A stretch of DNA of 64,000 bases from an uncultured Verrucomicrobiae bacterium (GTDB lineage: Bacteria; Verrucomicrobiota; Verrucomicrobiia; Opitutales; JABDGR01), in assembly GCA_963765205.1 (NCBI GenBank), contig CAVXVB010000009.1, positions 1,088,001-1,152,000 on the forward strand, given 5' to 3'. The notes beneath the pieces were generated by a model. That model made no database searches, was not told the origin of the DNA, and saw only the letters and a list, made by a program, of their open reading frames with translations. The position numbers were made by a program, and so were the translations under genes. Shown piece by piece: positions 1 through 10,555 of this stretch. Each line of letters starts with the position of its first letter. Position 1 is the first letter of the stretch.

Positions 1-2
1 GG

Positions 3-503
3 CTCATCGCGCACCGTTACACGGAGACGCCCAAGCTCGGCATCAACGGCGGCAGCGCGGGCGGCATCACCGTCGGCCGCGCAATGACGGAGCGGCCGGA
101 TCTCTTCGGCGCAGTCGTGGGCGACGTGGGCATGTTCAACGCCGTGCGCGCGGAAACAGATTCCAACGGCGTGCCCAACATTTCCGAATTCGGCACCGTC
201 ACCGACCCGGATGGCTTCAAGGGCTTATACGAAATGGACGCCTACCTGCACGTCCAGGACGGCGTCAAATATCCGCCCACCCTGCTGACTACCGGCATCA
301 ACGACCCGCGCGTGCCGCCCTGGATGCCAGGCAAGTTCGCCGCGCGTCTGCAGCAGGTCGGCGCACCGCTGGTGCTGTTGCGCGTGGATTACGAGGCCGG
401 CCATGGCATCGGCTCGACCCGCGAGCAAGTCCTCGAAGAATACGCCGATACGATGGCGTTTTATTTCTGGCAATTCGGCGTGCCGGGCTTTCAGCCGAAG
501 TGA
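3..503 (+). CDS. Prolyl oligopeptidase (S9A), C-terminal part; 5' end outside the window
   Basis: Frame open from the window edge; GGSAGG nucleophile motif, ND.RV Asp motif and AGHG His motif. Confidence 0.92.
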   Translation, partial: LIAHRYTETPKLGINGGSAGGITVGRAMTERPDLFGAVVGDVGMFNAVRAETDSNGVPNISEFGTVTDPDGFKGLYEMDAYLHVQDGVKYPPTLLTTGINDPRVPPWMPGKFAARLQQVGAPLVLLRVDYEAGHGIGSTREQVLEEYADTMAFYFWQFGVPGFQPK

Positions 504-574
504 AATAAATGGAAGATGGAAAATAGAAGATGGAAAAAGCCGGATGCTCGCAGAAATATTTTTAAAATATTTTA

Positions 575-663
575 ACCACAAAAAACGCAAAAGACTCAAA
601 ATAAACACTCAACGAGACCCCTGCATTGTCTCTTCTATGCGTCTTTTGCGTTTTTGTTGTGGT
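575..663. repeat. Imperfect inverted-repeat intergenic element, preceded by heptamers at 507-534
   Basis: accacaaaaaacgcaaaagac ... gtcttttgcgtttttgttgtggt; heptamers aaatgga/agatgga/aaataga/agatgga. Confidence 0.7.
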
Positions 664-687
664 AATGACTTACCCCACATACCCAGA

Positions 688-1917
688 ATGAAAATTACGA
701 ACGTTGAGGGAATTTTGCTCTCCTGCCCGCTGCCGGCTCCGCTGCGGCTGCCGTTTTATAACGGCGAACGCACGATTTTGAAGCGCGACGCCATGCTCAT
801 CCGCGTGCGTGCGGACAATGGGCTTACGGGCTACGCGCCCGGCCCCGCGCATGAGCGCGCCGCGCGGGAGATCCACGAAACGATCCGGCCGTTTCTGCTC
901 GGCCAGGACCCGCGGAAATGGGAGACGCTCGCCTTTCGCGGCGACTTGGAAATCACCAAGACCTACCGTGCCGTGGAAATCGCGCTGATGGATTTGGCGG
1001 CGAAGGACGCGGGGTGCCCGCTTTCGGAATTGATTGGTGGCCGGAAGCGCGACCGCATCAAGCTCTATGGCAGCGCGGGCATGTATATGGCGCCGGAAAG
1101 GTATGCCGAGGAGGCCGCGGCCGTCGCCGGGATGGGCTTTCCCGCTTATAAAATGCGCCCGGCGCGCGGCCCCGACCAGGATTTGGAGACGGTGGCGCTC
1201 ATGCGGAAAGCCACCGGCCCGCAATTCGGCCTGATGATTGACGCGCACTCCTGGTGGCGCATGGGCGACAAGAGTTATTCCGCGGAAACCATCAGCCAGC
1301 TTGCCCGCGCGATGGCGCGGTATCAGCCAACCTGGCTCGAAGAACCCCTGCCGCCGGACGACCACGCCGCCTACCGGAAATTGCGCGCGGCCAAAATTCT
1401 CCCCATTGCCACCGGCGAGCACGAGCAGGAGGAGTCCGGCTTCACCGATTTGATGGAGACGCACGCGGCGGACTACATCCAGATGGATGTGTGCTGCCAG
1501 GGCGGATTCGCAATGGGCCAACGTGTTTTCGCGGGCGTGGCGAAGCACGGGCTGCGGTTCGCCTTCCATAGCTGGGGGACGACGCTCGAAGTCCTCGCCG
1601 CCGCGCACCTGGGCATTTGCTGGCCAGAAAACGTGGTCGAATGGCTTGAATACCCTTGCCACGCGAACAATGGCCGGCCCGGCATGTATCCCTTCCCACT
1701 GGCCGATGAAATTTTGCGCGAGCCGCTCGTGATCGAAAACGGCCATTTGGTCGTGCCCAAGACGCCCGGCCTGGGCGTGGAAATTGATGAGCGCGTGATT
1801 GAAAAATACCCATTCCAGCCCGGCCCGTGGTCGTTTTTCAAAATCAACTCCCCGCCGGAAACGGTCGCCGTCACCGGCGACCACAGCGTGAAGTGGGTCG
1901 AGGCGGAGGCGAAGTGA
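688..1917 (+). CDS. Mandelate racemase/muconate lactonizing enzyme family (enolase superfamily)
   Basis: MKIT.VE start; LMIDAH, WLEEP and ATGEH metal ligands; C-terminal PGLGVEID. Confidence 0.9.
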   Translation: MKITNVEGILLSCPLPAPLRLPFYNGERTILKRDAMLIRVRADNGLTGYAPGPAHERAAREIHETIRPFLLGQDPRKWETLAFRGDLEITKTYRAVEIALMDLAAKDAGCPLSELIGGRKRDRIKLYGSAGMYMAPERYAEEAAAVAGMGFPAYKMRPARGPDQDLETVALMRKATGPQFGLMIDAHSWWRMGDKSYSAETISQLARAMARYQPTWLEEPLPPDDHAAYRKLRAAKILPIATGEHEQEESGFTDLMETHAADYIQMDVCCQGGFAMGQRVFAGVAKHGLRFAFHSWGTTLEVLAAAHLGICWPENVVEWLEYPCHANNGRPGMYPFPLADEILREPLVIENGHLVVPKTPGLGVEIDERVIEKYPFQPGPWSFFKINSPPETVAVTGDHSVKWVEAEAK

Positions 1918-1977
1918 TGGCGGGCTTAAATTTTGGGAATTATCCCTTGGCTTAATGGAAGCTCTGGTCAGGAATTT

Positions 1978-2074
1978 CTCGCGCAGAGTCGCAGAGACGC
2001 AGAGGAAGAAATGATTACGGGGTGCAAGTTTTTTGCTGAATTCTTTACTCTGCGTCTCTGCGACTCTGCGCGAG
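1978..2074. repeat. Perfect 27-bp inverted repeat with 8-nt internal periodicity, between convergent genes
   Basis: ctcgcgcagagtcgcagagacgcagag at 1978-2004; reverse complement at 2048-2074. Confidence 0.9.
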
Positions 2075-2122
2075 TTTTTTCCGGTTGTGGCGGATAACTG
2101 TTTTGTGGGCACAATCACCAAT

Positions 2123-2824
2123 CTAGGGCGAGGCGGTCGCCGTCGTGGTGCCTTCGGGCAGCGGAGCCCGCCGGGTTGCATTAACCAGCATGCCGAACGA
2201 GTCCCGGGCGAGATACCATTGGCCGTCTTTTTGGTAAAAAATCACGTTAATGGTATTTAAAGTCGCCAGCTCCTCGGGTGTAAAATTATACCTTGGATAT
2301 GTGATCGCCCCTAACATGGTCGTGTCCTGAAAGTAGACACGGTCTGGAGTGGACAACGGCATGGGCGTCTGATCTTGAAACGATTCAAAGGCGCGCGCCA
2401 ACATTTGCAGCCATACTGCCCCGTGCGGTCCGGCTTGCTCCCACTCCAGCGATTGCTTTGCTTCCTTGGCCGGCTCCGGCTCCATATATTGGGCCATGCC
2501 GTCGAAGTCGCCCGCTTCAATTAGGCGGGCTATCTGCCCCGCCATTTCCCGCAAAGCCACCGTGTCCGCCTCGGAGACGCCTGGGGCGGTCGTGACAGGC
2601 ACCACCGGGCCAGGCAGTGCGATTGTGTGTGATGTCGGAACCTTCTCTGGCGGCGCAACCAGAACCGGCAGGTCGGGCTTCATCTCCGCGAACGTGACAG
2701 GCTTGGGCGCGGTTGTGGTGGGTGGCGGCGCGCTGGCGGCGGGGTGCTTCCAGATTAAAGGTGTCAACACGGCAACCAAAACCAGGAGCACCATGGCAGC
2801 CATGACTTTGGTTCGCGTGCGCAT
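2123..2824 (-). CDS. Hypothetical membrane-anchored protein
   Basis: N-terminal hydrophobic helix, Pro-rich linker, C-terminal FYQKDGQWYL. Confidence 0.65.
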   Translation of the reverse strand: MRTRTKVMAAMVLLVLVAVLTPLIWKHPAASAPPPTTTAPKPVTFAEMKPDLPVLVAPPEKVPTSHTIALPGPVVPVTTAPGVSEADTVALREMAGQIARLIEAGDFDGMAQYMEPEPAKEAKQSLEWEQAGPHGAVWLQMLARAFESFQDQTPMPLSTPDRVYFQDTTMLGAITYPRYNFTPEELATLNTINVIFYQKDGQWYLARDSFGMLVNATRRAPLPEGTTTATASP

Positions 2825-2903
2825 AATGTCCCCTGGTTTGAAATGAAATGGCTTAAAGTGAAAGGTAACAGGCCTAAGGTAGTAATTATGGAAAACTACT
2901 CGT

Positions 2904-4400
2904 CTATTGTGAATGGCCGTCAGTAGCTGATCCTCTGACTGTATCTTTTTGAGGATTCTGAGTAGGAGTAACCGGCTCTTTTGCCGTAGCAGGCACGGCG
3001 TCTTTCGCGGGGTCGGGTTCTTCGAACAGGACAACCCCCTGGTCAATGGACAGGATTTTTTTGCCCTTGAGGAAGCCGGCAGGAACCACGTTTACTTCCG
3101 TCGGCGGGTTGGCCCCGTCCCAGGTGGCTATGGTTCCATCGGAGCACACGATTAAATCGGGGTAGAAAAAGCCAGTAACCGTCTTGCCTTCGAGCGCGCC
3201 GGTTCCGCTCAGTATTCGTGGCTTTGAAGTGGCTGCATCCGGCGTTTCCCACACGACCAGCGTGCCATCAGTATATAATACGAGTGCGGCCGAACCAGAG
3301 GAGGAGTAGAAGCGCTCGATGGTTTTACCCGCCAGCAGGTCGTCCGGGTCGGGCTCGGCGAATAATGTAAATGTCGGAGGCGGAACCTTTGGCTGCAGCG
3401 GCACGACGAGCGGCTGGACTAAAGGCGAGGGAACCGCCTCGCAATTCGGCCAATGTTCCGTCGGAACATAATGCCACAAAGTGCCCATAATATTCACCCA
3501 TTGAGGTAACCGTTTTCCCTTTGAGCACGCCTTGGTTGTAGATGCGGGGGGGGATTTGCCAATCATCATAATCATGGTGCCATCGGTGCAGAAAAACCAA
3601 TCACCGCACACATTAACGAATTTTTTGCCCTTAAGCCGGTCATCATCAAACAGTGTTAGCCTGGGAATAAATTCCTTCTGCGAACCTCCGGTTCCCCATG
3701 TAAAAAGCGAGCCGTCCGAACACAGCACATAATGTCCGATGGCCGTCACTTTTTTGCCTTTCATCGCCTCCCGAGTGTCCACTAACACTGGGACAAAGCC
3801 GGCCGCATCTTGATTTGGACCCCAGGCGGCCAAGGTACCGTCGGAGCACAGCATCAGAATCCTGTCTTCTCCCCCGTCTATGGCCGTGACGGTTTTCCCC
3901 TTCAGCACCCCGGAGGTGTCAACTAGGTAGGGGCTGAGAAAAGTTCCTCCACGAGACAAGGACGGCAAAACAGCGATGTGCGTCGTCCCCGGTGCAAAGA
4001 CGGGGAGTGAATAAACTTTCCCGGGCGGATGCTGCGCAATCCAGGCTTTAATGTATTGCTGATCAAGCGAGCTAAATAGCATTTTTGCTGGATCGTTCGG
4101 CTTGTGGTATCCAATCTCCCTAGAGACGAGGAAATCAACCTGAGCATTCGGGAAATCAATTTCGCCTCTCGGGTTCAGTTTATAATAGACGGCTTCAATG
4201 ACAGCGATATACCCGCCGCGATTCGTGTCAAACTGATGCACATCGGCTGGGACAATCGTGTGCATCGGCTCCAATTTGCTCACCATCAAGCCTTTTGTTG
4301 CTGCTAAGTCATCTGGATTGCTTTCCCCATGGGCGGTTGCCAAGGACAGCAATGCCAATCCAAGGACGGCCAAGTGACGGGCTATCGAACGGGGTATCAT
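2904..4400 (-). CDS. Secreted RCC1-like beta-propeller protein; one repeat lies in an alternate frame between two compensating frameshifts
   Basis: Signal peptide; repeats of L.GK.V.......LCSDGTL..WG; repeat 4 is read in ORF 3325..3600. Confidence 0.7.
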   Translation of the reverse strand: MIPRSIARHLAVLGLALLSLATAHGESNPDDLAATKGLMVSKLEPMHTIVPADVHQFDTNRGGYIAVIEAVYYKLNPRGEIDFPNAQVDFLVSREIGYHKPNDPAKMLFSSLDQQYIKAWIAQHPPGKVYSLPVFAPGTTHIAVLPSLSRGGTFLSPYLVDTSGVLKGKTVTAIDGGEDRILMLCSDGTLAAWGPNQDAAGFVPVLVDTREAMKGKKVTAIGHYVLCSDGSLFTWGTGGSQKEFIPRLTLFDDDRLKGKKFVNVCGDWFFCTDGTMIMMIGKSPPASTTKACSKGKRLPQWVNIMGTLWHYVPTEHWPNCEAVPSPLVQPLVVPLQPKVPPPTFTLFAEPDPDDLLAGKTIERFYSSSGSAALVLYTDGTLVVWETPDAATSKPRILSGTGALEGKTVTGFFYPDLIVCSDGTIATWDGANPPTEVNVVPAGFLKGKKILSIDQGVVLFEEPDPAKDAVPATAKEPVTPTQNPQKDTVRGSATDGHSQ

Positions 4401-4514
4401 GGCGCTCAATGACCGAAAAAAGCTAATCTTACACCCATTTTGCCGAAAAACAATGGGAAATCTTAGGATGCTCCCGGTCAGTAGTGTCTTAGTTTTAGGA
4501 CAGAGGAAATTTTG

Positions 4515-4722
4515 GCCTCGCAAAGCGAGGCGACGAACTTAGCCGGGGGGTTTCAACCTCCGGACCCCCGCCATCCGGAACGGCGTCGCGTAGTGACGCT
4601 TGAATGGAGGGGATCATTGTGTTTGGAGGAATCGCAAGCGTCACTACGCGACGCATGGCGGAGGGGATTCCCTTCCCGTGGACTAAAAGTCCACGGCTAA
4701 TATCGAGTTGTCACTCCGTGAC
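4515..4722. repeat. Composite palindromic element (REP-like or non-autonomous Y1-transposase-type)
   Basis: Hairpins at 4515-4531, 4676-4696 and 4710-4722; perfect 20-bp inverted repeat at 4583-4602/4635-4654. Confidence 0.75.
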
Positions 4723-4755
4723 TGCACAAAATCCGGGACACACCCGCCTTGCCGC

Positions 4756-5892
4756 TCAGGGCAGTTGGACGAGATACATTTTCTTCGGGTCGTCGTCGCC
4801 GAGGTGGGTGGCGGGGAGGCGGGCGTAATCGAGATAGAGGGGCGGCGCGAAATATGGCAGGTGGTTGCGGAGACGGGCTTCGCTCATGTCGTCGTAGAGC
4901 ATGCGGTCGAGCATGACGGGATTGGGGCTCATCAAGAGGAGGGGCAGCGAATCCGTATACAGGGAATTGAAGCGGGGGCCGCCGATGAATTGAAAGTGTT
5001 CGAGCGGGAGGAACGTCAGCACCCAGCCGCGCACCAGCTCGGGGACGGCGGCGATGTCGGCCACGGCCTCCGCGCCGGACTGGGGGTTGGCAAAGAAACG
5101 CTGGGTGTTGCTCGCCGCGAGCAAGGAGGCGTTGACGAGCGCGCCCTCCAGGCCGAAATCGCCGCCGTCCGTCCCCACCGGCAGGTTGATCCAAAAATCC
5201 ACATCGAGGAGCAAGGGCACGGGGAGCAGCGACCAGCGGGGGTCGGGGGCGAATTTCCATTCATATTTTTTTTGATCGGCAAGTTGCTCGCCCGCGTCGG
5301 CGGCGGGGAGGTTGCTGGGGTAGTTATACTTGGGGCTGTAATAGCGGCCGCGGTCGAAGGCGATGACCTGCACGCCATCGAAGCGGCCCTCGCCCTCGGG
5401 CGCGTCGAGGGGCAGAAAGCCCGCGGCGTGAAGGCGGTCCTCGTTTTGATCCGCGATGAACAACTCGTCGGGCTGGAAGCCGCGCGCCTCGAGCGCGGTG
5501 ATGAGGGCGTGCACCAGCGCGGGGGGCGTGGCCAGACCGGCGGTGTTAGTCATCACCTTGAGGCCGGCGCGGCGCTTGGGGCCGGGGACGAGCTTGCGGC
5601 CGAGGCGGCGCTCGTAGTCCGCCAAAAGAGCGTTCACCGCGGTCTGGTAATTGTTTTCGTCAAAACCGGGGAGCTGGTAGGCCCACATCCAGGAATGCGG
5701 GTCCCGGGGGTCGGGAAGGGCGGAAATTTCGAGCTTCGTGCTGGGGGTTACGAGCTGGAAGCCGGCAGCGGGAGACGCTGTAGCCGCCGGAGGTGCGGAG
5801 GGCGTGGGGGCAGCAGCCGGAGCAGCTGTGGTTTGCGCGCCGAGGCGAAGGGCCGCCAACGCCAGCAACAAGATGGCAAACTTGCGTCGCAT
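4756..5892 (-). CDS. DUF362-like exported protein
   Basis: Signal peptide; GLKV..., DFWINLP and S.NPVMLD segments typical of DUF362. Confidence 0.65.
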   Translation of the reverse strand: MRRKFAILLLALAALRLGAQTTAAPAAAPTPSAPPAATASPAAGFQLVTPSTKLEISALPDPRDPHSWMWAYQLPGFDENNYQTAVNALLADYERRLGRKLVPGPKRRAGLKVMTNTAGLATPPALVHALITALEARGFQPDELFIADQNEDRLHAAGFLPLDAPEGEGRFDGVQVIAFDRGRYYSPKYNYPSNLPAADAGEQLADQKKYEWKFAPDPRWSLLPVPLLLDVDFWINLPVGTDGGDFGLEGALVNASLLAASNTQRFFANPQSGAEAVADIAAVPELVRGWVLTFLPLEHFQFIGGPRFNSLYTDSLPLLLMSPNPVMLDRMLYDDMSEARLRNHLPYFAPPLYLDYARLPATHLGDDDPKKMYLVQLP

Positions 5893-5907
5893 GGCAATTC
5901 CGCGCCG

Positions 5908-6981
5908 TTAGGAATGGTTCGTGTTCGGGTAACTGCCGAGCCACTTCACGAACGGGCATTCACGCCGCAATGCGGTGACGGCTTCCTGGATGACGGCGTC
6001 TTCCCAATGGCCCACGCAATCTATGAAGAAATAATAATGCCAAACCTTCTGGCGGCTGGGGCGCGACTCGATTTTGGAGAGGTTGACGCCGCGCGCGCTG
6101 AAGGGCTCGAGCGCCCGCAGGAGCGCGCCGGGCTGGTCGTGCAGGGAGAAGACGAGGCTGGTTTTGTCGCGGCCCGCGCCGAGCGGGGGCGAGACATTTT
6201 GGCCGAGGACAAGAAAACGCGTCACATTGTCGGCGCGGTCCTGGATGCCGGCGGCGACGATGGGCACGCCGTAAAGCTCGGCGGCGAGGCGGCTGGCGAC
6301 GGCGGCTGCGCCCGGCGTGTCACGCGCGCGGCGGACGGCTTCCGCCGTGCTGTCCATCGCCTCGGCGGGCGCGGCGGGCAGGTTGCGCCGCAGCCATTCG
6401 CGGCACTGGCCCAGCGCCTGGTCGCGTGAAAAGACGATTTTGATTTTGTCGAGCGGTTCTTTCGAGATCAGGCAGTGCTCAATGGGCAGGAAGACCTGCG
6501 CGACGATTTTCAATTCGGTCTCGACGAGCATGTCGAGCGAATGGAAGACCGCGCCCTCGGTGGAATTCTCGATGGGCACGACACCGTGGTCGGCCTCGCC
6601 GCGCTCGACAGCGGTGAAGACGTCGGGGATGGTGGCGCAGGGCTGGAAGCGCAGGCTGGAGCCGAAATTCTTCAGCGCGGCCTGGTGGGTGAAGGTGGCC
6701 TCAGGCCCGAGGTAGGCGACGGCGAGTTGCTTTTGCAGGGCCAGGGAGGCGGAGATGATTTCGCGGTAAATCGCCTTGAGCGCCGCGGCGGTGAGCGGGC
6801 CGGGGTTGGCGGCCATGAGGCGCTCGAAGACGGCCTCCTCGCGGCTGGGGACATAGGGGTGCGCGCCGTGCTTTTGCTTGGCGCGGCCGACCTCGTCGGC
6901 CAGGCGCACGCGCGCGTTGAGGCGCTCGATGATTTCGAGGTCCACCGCGTCAATCTGTTTGCGCAAGGAATCTAAATCCAT
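5908..6981 (-). CDS. pheA: Chorismate mutase/prephenate dehydratase
   Basis: LR.QID.VD chorismate mutase domain; YLGPEATF, PIENSTEG, TRF, IESRP. Confidence 0.96.
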   Translation of the reverse strand: MDLDSLRKQIDAVDLEIIERLNARVRLADEVGRAKQKHGAHPYVPSREEAVFERLMAANPGPLTAAALKAIYREIISASLALQKQLAVAYLGPEATFTHQAALKNFGSSLRFQPCATIPDVFTAVERGEADHGVVPIENSTEGAVFHSLDMLVETELKIVAQVFLPIEHCLISKEPLDKIKIVFSRDQALGQCREWLRRNLPAAPAEAMDSTAEAVRRARDTPGAAAVASRLAAELYGVPIVAAGIQDRADNVTRFLVLGQNVSPPLGAGRDKTSLVFSLHDQPGALLRALEPFSARGVNLSKIESRPSRQKVWHYYFFIDCVGHWEDAVIQEAVTALRRECPFVKWLGSYPNTNHS

Positions 6982-7006
6982 GAGAAAAAATAAAATCAAT
7001 CATGCA

Positions 7007-7121
7007 AACACTCAACATCCAACGCTCAACTCCCAACATCCAACATCGCATAAAGAACCGCCCAAGACTTTCGCAGTTTATTCATTGGATGTTGAAGGTT
7101 GGATGTTCGATGTTGGATGTT
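7007..7121. repeat. Inverted heptamer arrays, (aacatcc)-like x6 and (ggatgtt)-like x5
   Basis: Seen directly between scpB and pheA. Confidence 0.85.
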
Positions 7122-7128
7122 CAAAGCA

Positions 7129-7968
<840 letters not shown>

Positions 7969-8094
7969 GGGGGAAAGCGCAAATTAGCTTTGTCATGCCG
8001 CCCAACAAGGCAACACTGAATCGTCGGGCATTATTGTAGCATATTCTGGTCTGGGCTTGTTTCCGAGTTCGACATTCTCCAATCTGTTTTACCC

Positions 8095-9792
8095 ATGCCC
8101 AAAACTGCTCCCAACCTGCGCGCCTATTCCTCCATCGTCGTGGACGGTTCCGACCGCGCGCCCAACCGCTCGATGCTGCGCACCGTCGGCTTCCAGGAAG
8201 CCGATTTCAAGAAGCCGATCGTGGGGGTCGCCTCGACGTGGGCGATGGTCACGCCATGCAACATGCATATTGACGGCCTGGCGCGCGAAGCCGCCGCCGG
8301 GGTCGAGGCGGCGGGGGCGAAGCCCATCATTTTTGGCACAATTACGGTATCCGACGGGATTTCGATGGGCACGCTGGGGATGCGCTATTCGATGGTGTCG
8401 CGCGAGGTCATTGCCGATTCCATCGAGACAGTCGCCTGCGCGGAGGGCTTCGATGGCTTGGTAGCTATCGGCGGCTGCGACAAGAACATGCCCGGCTGCG
8501 TGATGGCGATGGCCCGGCTGAACCGGCCCGCCGTATTTGTCTATGGCGGGACGATTTTGCCGGGGATTTACCGCGAGAAGCCGGTGGACATCGTAAGCGT
8601 CTTCGAGGCGGTCGGCCAGCACGCGGCGGGCAAAATCAATGCGAAGGAACTGCATGAAATTGAAAGTTGCGCGATTCCCGGCCCCGGCTCCTGCGGCGGG
8701 ATGTATACGGCGAACACCATGGCCTCGGCCATTGAGGCGCTGGGGATGAGTTTGCCGAATAGTTCCGCACAACTGGCGGTGTCGAAGGACAAGACGGCGG
8801 ATTGCCAGCGCGCCGGCGCGGCGGTGATGAATTTGCTCAAGCTCGGCCTGCGCCCGCGCGACATCATGACAAAAAAGGCGTTCGAAAACGCCATCACGGT
8901 CGTCATCGCACTCGGCGGCTCGACCAACGCGGTGCTGCATCTGCTGGCCATGGCCCACACGGCGGATGTGAAGCTGACCCTCGACGATTTTTCCCGTATC
9001 GGCAAAAAAGTGCCGGTGCTGGCCGACCTCAAGCCCAGCGGCAAATACAACATGGCGCACTTCGTCCGTATCGGCGGGCTGACGCCGCTGCTGAAAATGC
9101 TGCTCGACGCCGGATTGCTGCATGGCGACGTGAAGACGGTCACCGGCCAGACCATGCGCGAGAATCTGGCGGGCGTCGCGCCCTACCCCGCCGGCCAGGA
9201 TATTGTTTATCCCCTGGACCGCCCCATCAAGCGCGACAGCCATCTGCGCATTCTCTATGGAAACCTCGCGCCCAAGGGCGCAGTGGCGAAGATTTCCGGC
9301 AAGGAAGGGCAAAGGTTTTCCGGCAAGGCGATTATTTATGAATCGGAGGAAAAGGCGCTGCAAGGCATCCTGGCCGGGCAGGTCAAAGCCGGGCATGTGA
9401 TTGTGATTCGCAACGAAGGGCCGGTCGGCGGGCCGGGGATGCGCGAGATGCTCGCGCCGACTTCCGCGGTGATGGGCAAAGGCCTGGGCCAGGACGTGGC
9501 GCTGATCACCGACGGACGCTTTTCCGGCGGCAGCCACGGCTTCGTCGTCGGGCACATCACGCCCGAGGCGGCGGTGGGCGGCCCGCTGGCCATCGTGCGC
9601 AAGGGCGACCCCATCACGATTGACGCGGAAAAGAGCGAGATCAACCTGGGAATTTCCCCCGCCGAAATGAAGGCCCGCCTGCGCGCGTGGAAGAAGCCGC
9701 AGCCCCGCGCAACGCGCGGCGTGCTGGCCAAGTATGCGAAACTCGTCTCGAACGCCTCGCGCGGCGCGGTGACGGACGCGGATTTGTTTTAA
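8095..9792 (+). CDS. ilvD: Dihydroxy-acid dehydratase
   Basis: [45 protein letters not shown]. Confidence 0.97.
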   Translation: MPKTAPNLRAYSSIVVDGSDRAPNRSMLRTVGFQEADFKKPIVGVASTWAMVTPCNMHIDGLAREAAAGVEAAGAKPIIFGTITVSDGISMGTLGMRYSMVSREVIADSIETVACAEGFDGLVAIGGCDKNMPGCVMAMARLNRPAVFVYGGTILPGIYREKPVDIVSVFEAVGQHAAGKINAKELHEIESCAIPGPGSCGGMYTANTMASAIEALGMSLPNSSAQLAVSKDKTADCQRAGAAVMNLLKLGLRPRDIMTKKAFENAITVVIALGGSTNAVLHLLAMAHTADVKLTLDDFSRIGKKVPVLADLKPSGKYNMAHFVRIGGLTPLLKMLLDAGLLHGDVKTVTGQTMRENLAGVAPYPAGQDIVYPLDRPIKRDSHLRILYGNLAPKGAVAKISGKEGQRFSGKAIIYESEEKALQGILAGQVKAGHVIVIRNEGPVGGPGMREMLAPTSAVMGKGLGQDVALITDGRFSGGSHGFVVGHITPEAAVGGPLAIVRKGDPITIDAEKSEINLGISPAEMKARLRAWKKPQPRATRGVLAKYAKLVSNASRGAVTDADLF

Positions 9793-9794
9793 GA

Positions 9795-9894
9795 CGGCGG
9801 GTCGAGGACGCCCCGCCCTACCCAATTCCAATCGAGCCTGATCAGGGTCACGCAATTGTTTCGCGTGGCAGGGGGGCGTCCTCGACCCGCCGTC
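9795..9894. repeat. REP doublet (GTAG-type), cognate to the adjacent RAYT
   Basis: cggcgggtcgaggacgccccgccctac at 9795-9821; inverted variant at 9868-9894. Confidence 0.9.
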
Positions 9895-9938
9895 TTCATT
9901 TTCAATCCATCTTATTTCATAAATCATTATCTCCTGAC

Positions 9939-10419
9939 ATGGATAACCCGCCTATAATTCCCATCCGCAAAAATCTGCCGCACGATCCGCCGGCTTGGGT
10001 GCCGGACGGCGAAATCTTTTTTATCACCATCTGCGCCGCCCACCGGAAGCTGCAACCACTCGCAAACCCCCGGGTGGCGCAGTCCCTGCTGGCCAGTGCG
10101 CGGCATTATCACGAACTGGGCAACTGGTGGGTTCGATTGTTTCTGATTATGCCGGATCATCTCCACGGCCTGCTCACGTTTCCGCCAGCGAAGCTCATGC
10201 ACAAAGTTGTTGCGGCTTGGAAATCATACACCGCCAAAGCGACCGGAGTTTCCTGGCAGCAGGATTTTTTCGATCACCGGGTAAGGAGCCTGGCGGCGTT
10301 GCATGGAAAAGGAATTATACATTTTAAATAATCCCCCACGGCAAGGTCTGACGAAAAATGTGGAGGACTGGCCTTGGTTGTTGCGGCAACAAGACATGAC
10401 AACGACAGAATCAAAATAA
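9939..10419 (+). mobile_element. rayT: REP-associated tyrosine transposase (RAYT, Y1 HUH), one frameshift near 10305
   Basis: FFITIC, MPDHLH and WQ..FFDH.VR; YILNNP..QGL....EDWPW continues in the +1 frame; flanked by REPs. Confidence 0.88.
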
Positions 10420-10423
10420 GAAG

Positions 10424-10450
10424 CGGCGGGTCGAGGACGCCCCGCCCTAC
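10424..10450. repeat. REP copy downstream of the RAYT
   Basis: Identical to 9795-9821. Confidence 0.9.
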
Positions 10451-10555
10451 TCCATTACAGGCACGACGACATTTGATCGACCTCCCCGGCCTTTTCGGCA
10501 TTGAGATTGACAGTCGAGGCGGGCTGGCAGATTATGCCGGAAACACCCGGCCGCC

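Noticed and set aside
8089..9927. 612-aa ORF antisense to ilvD, and similar long shadow ORFs (670..2181, 4708..6429, 17020..18627, 40248..41636, 58644..60716)
   Set aside because: Expected shadows of high-GC coding strands; no recognisable motifs
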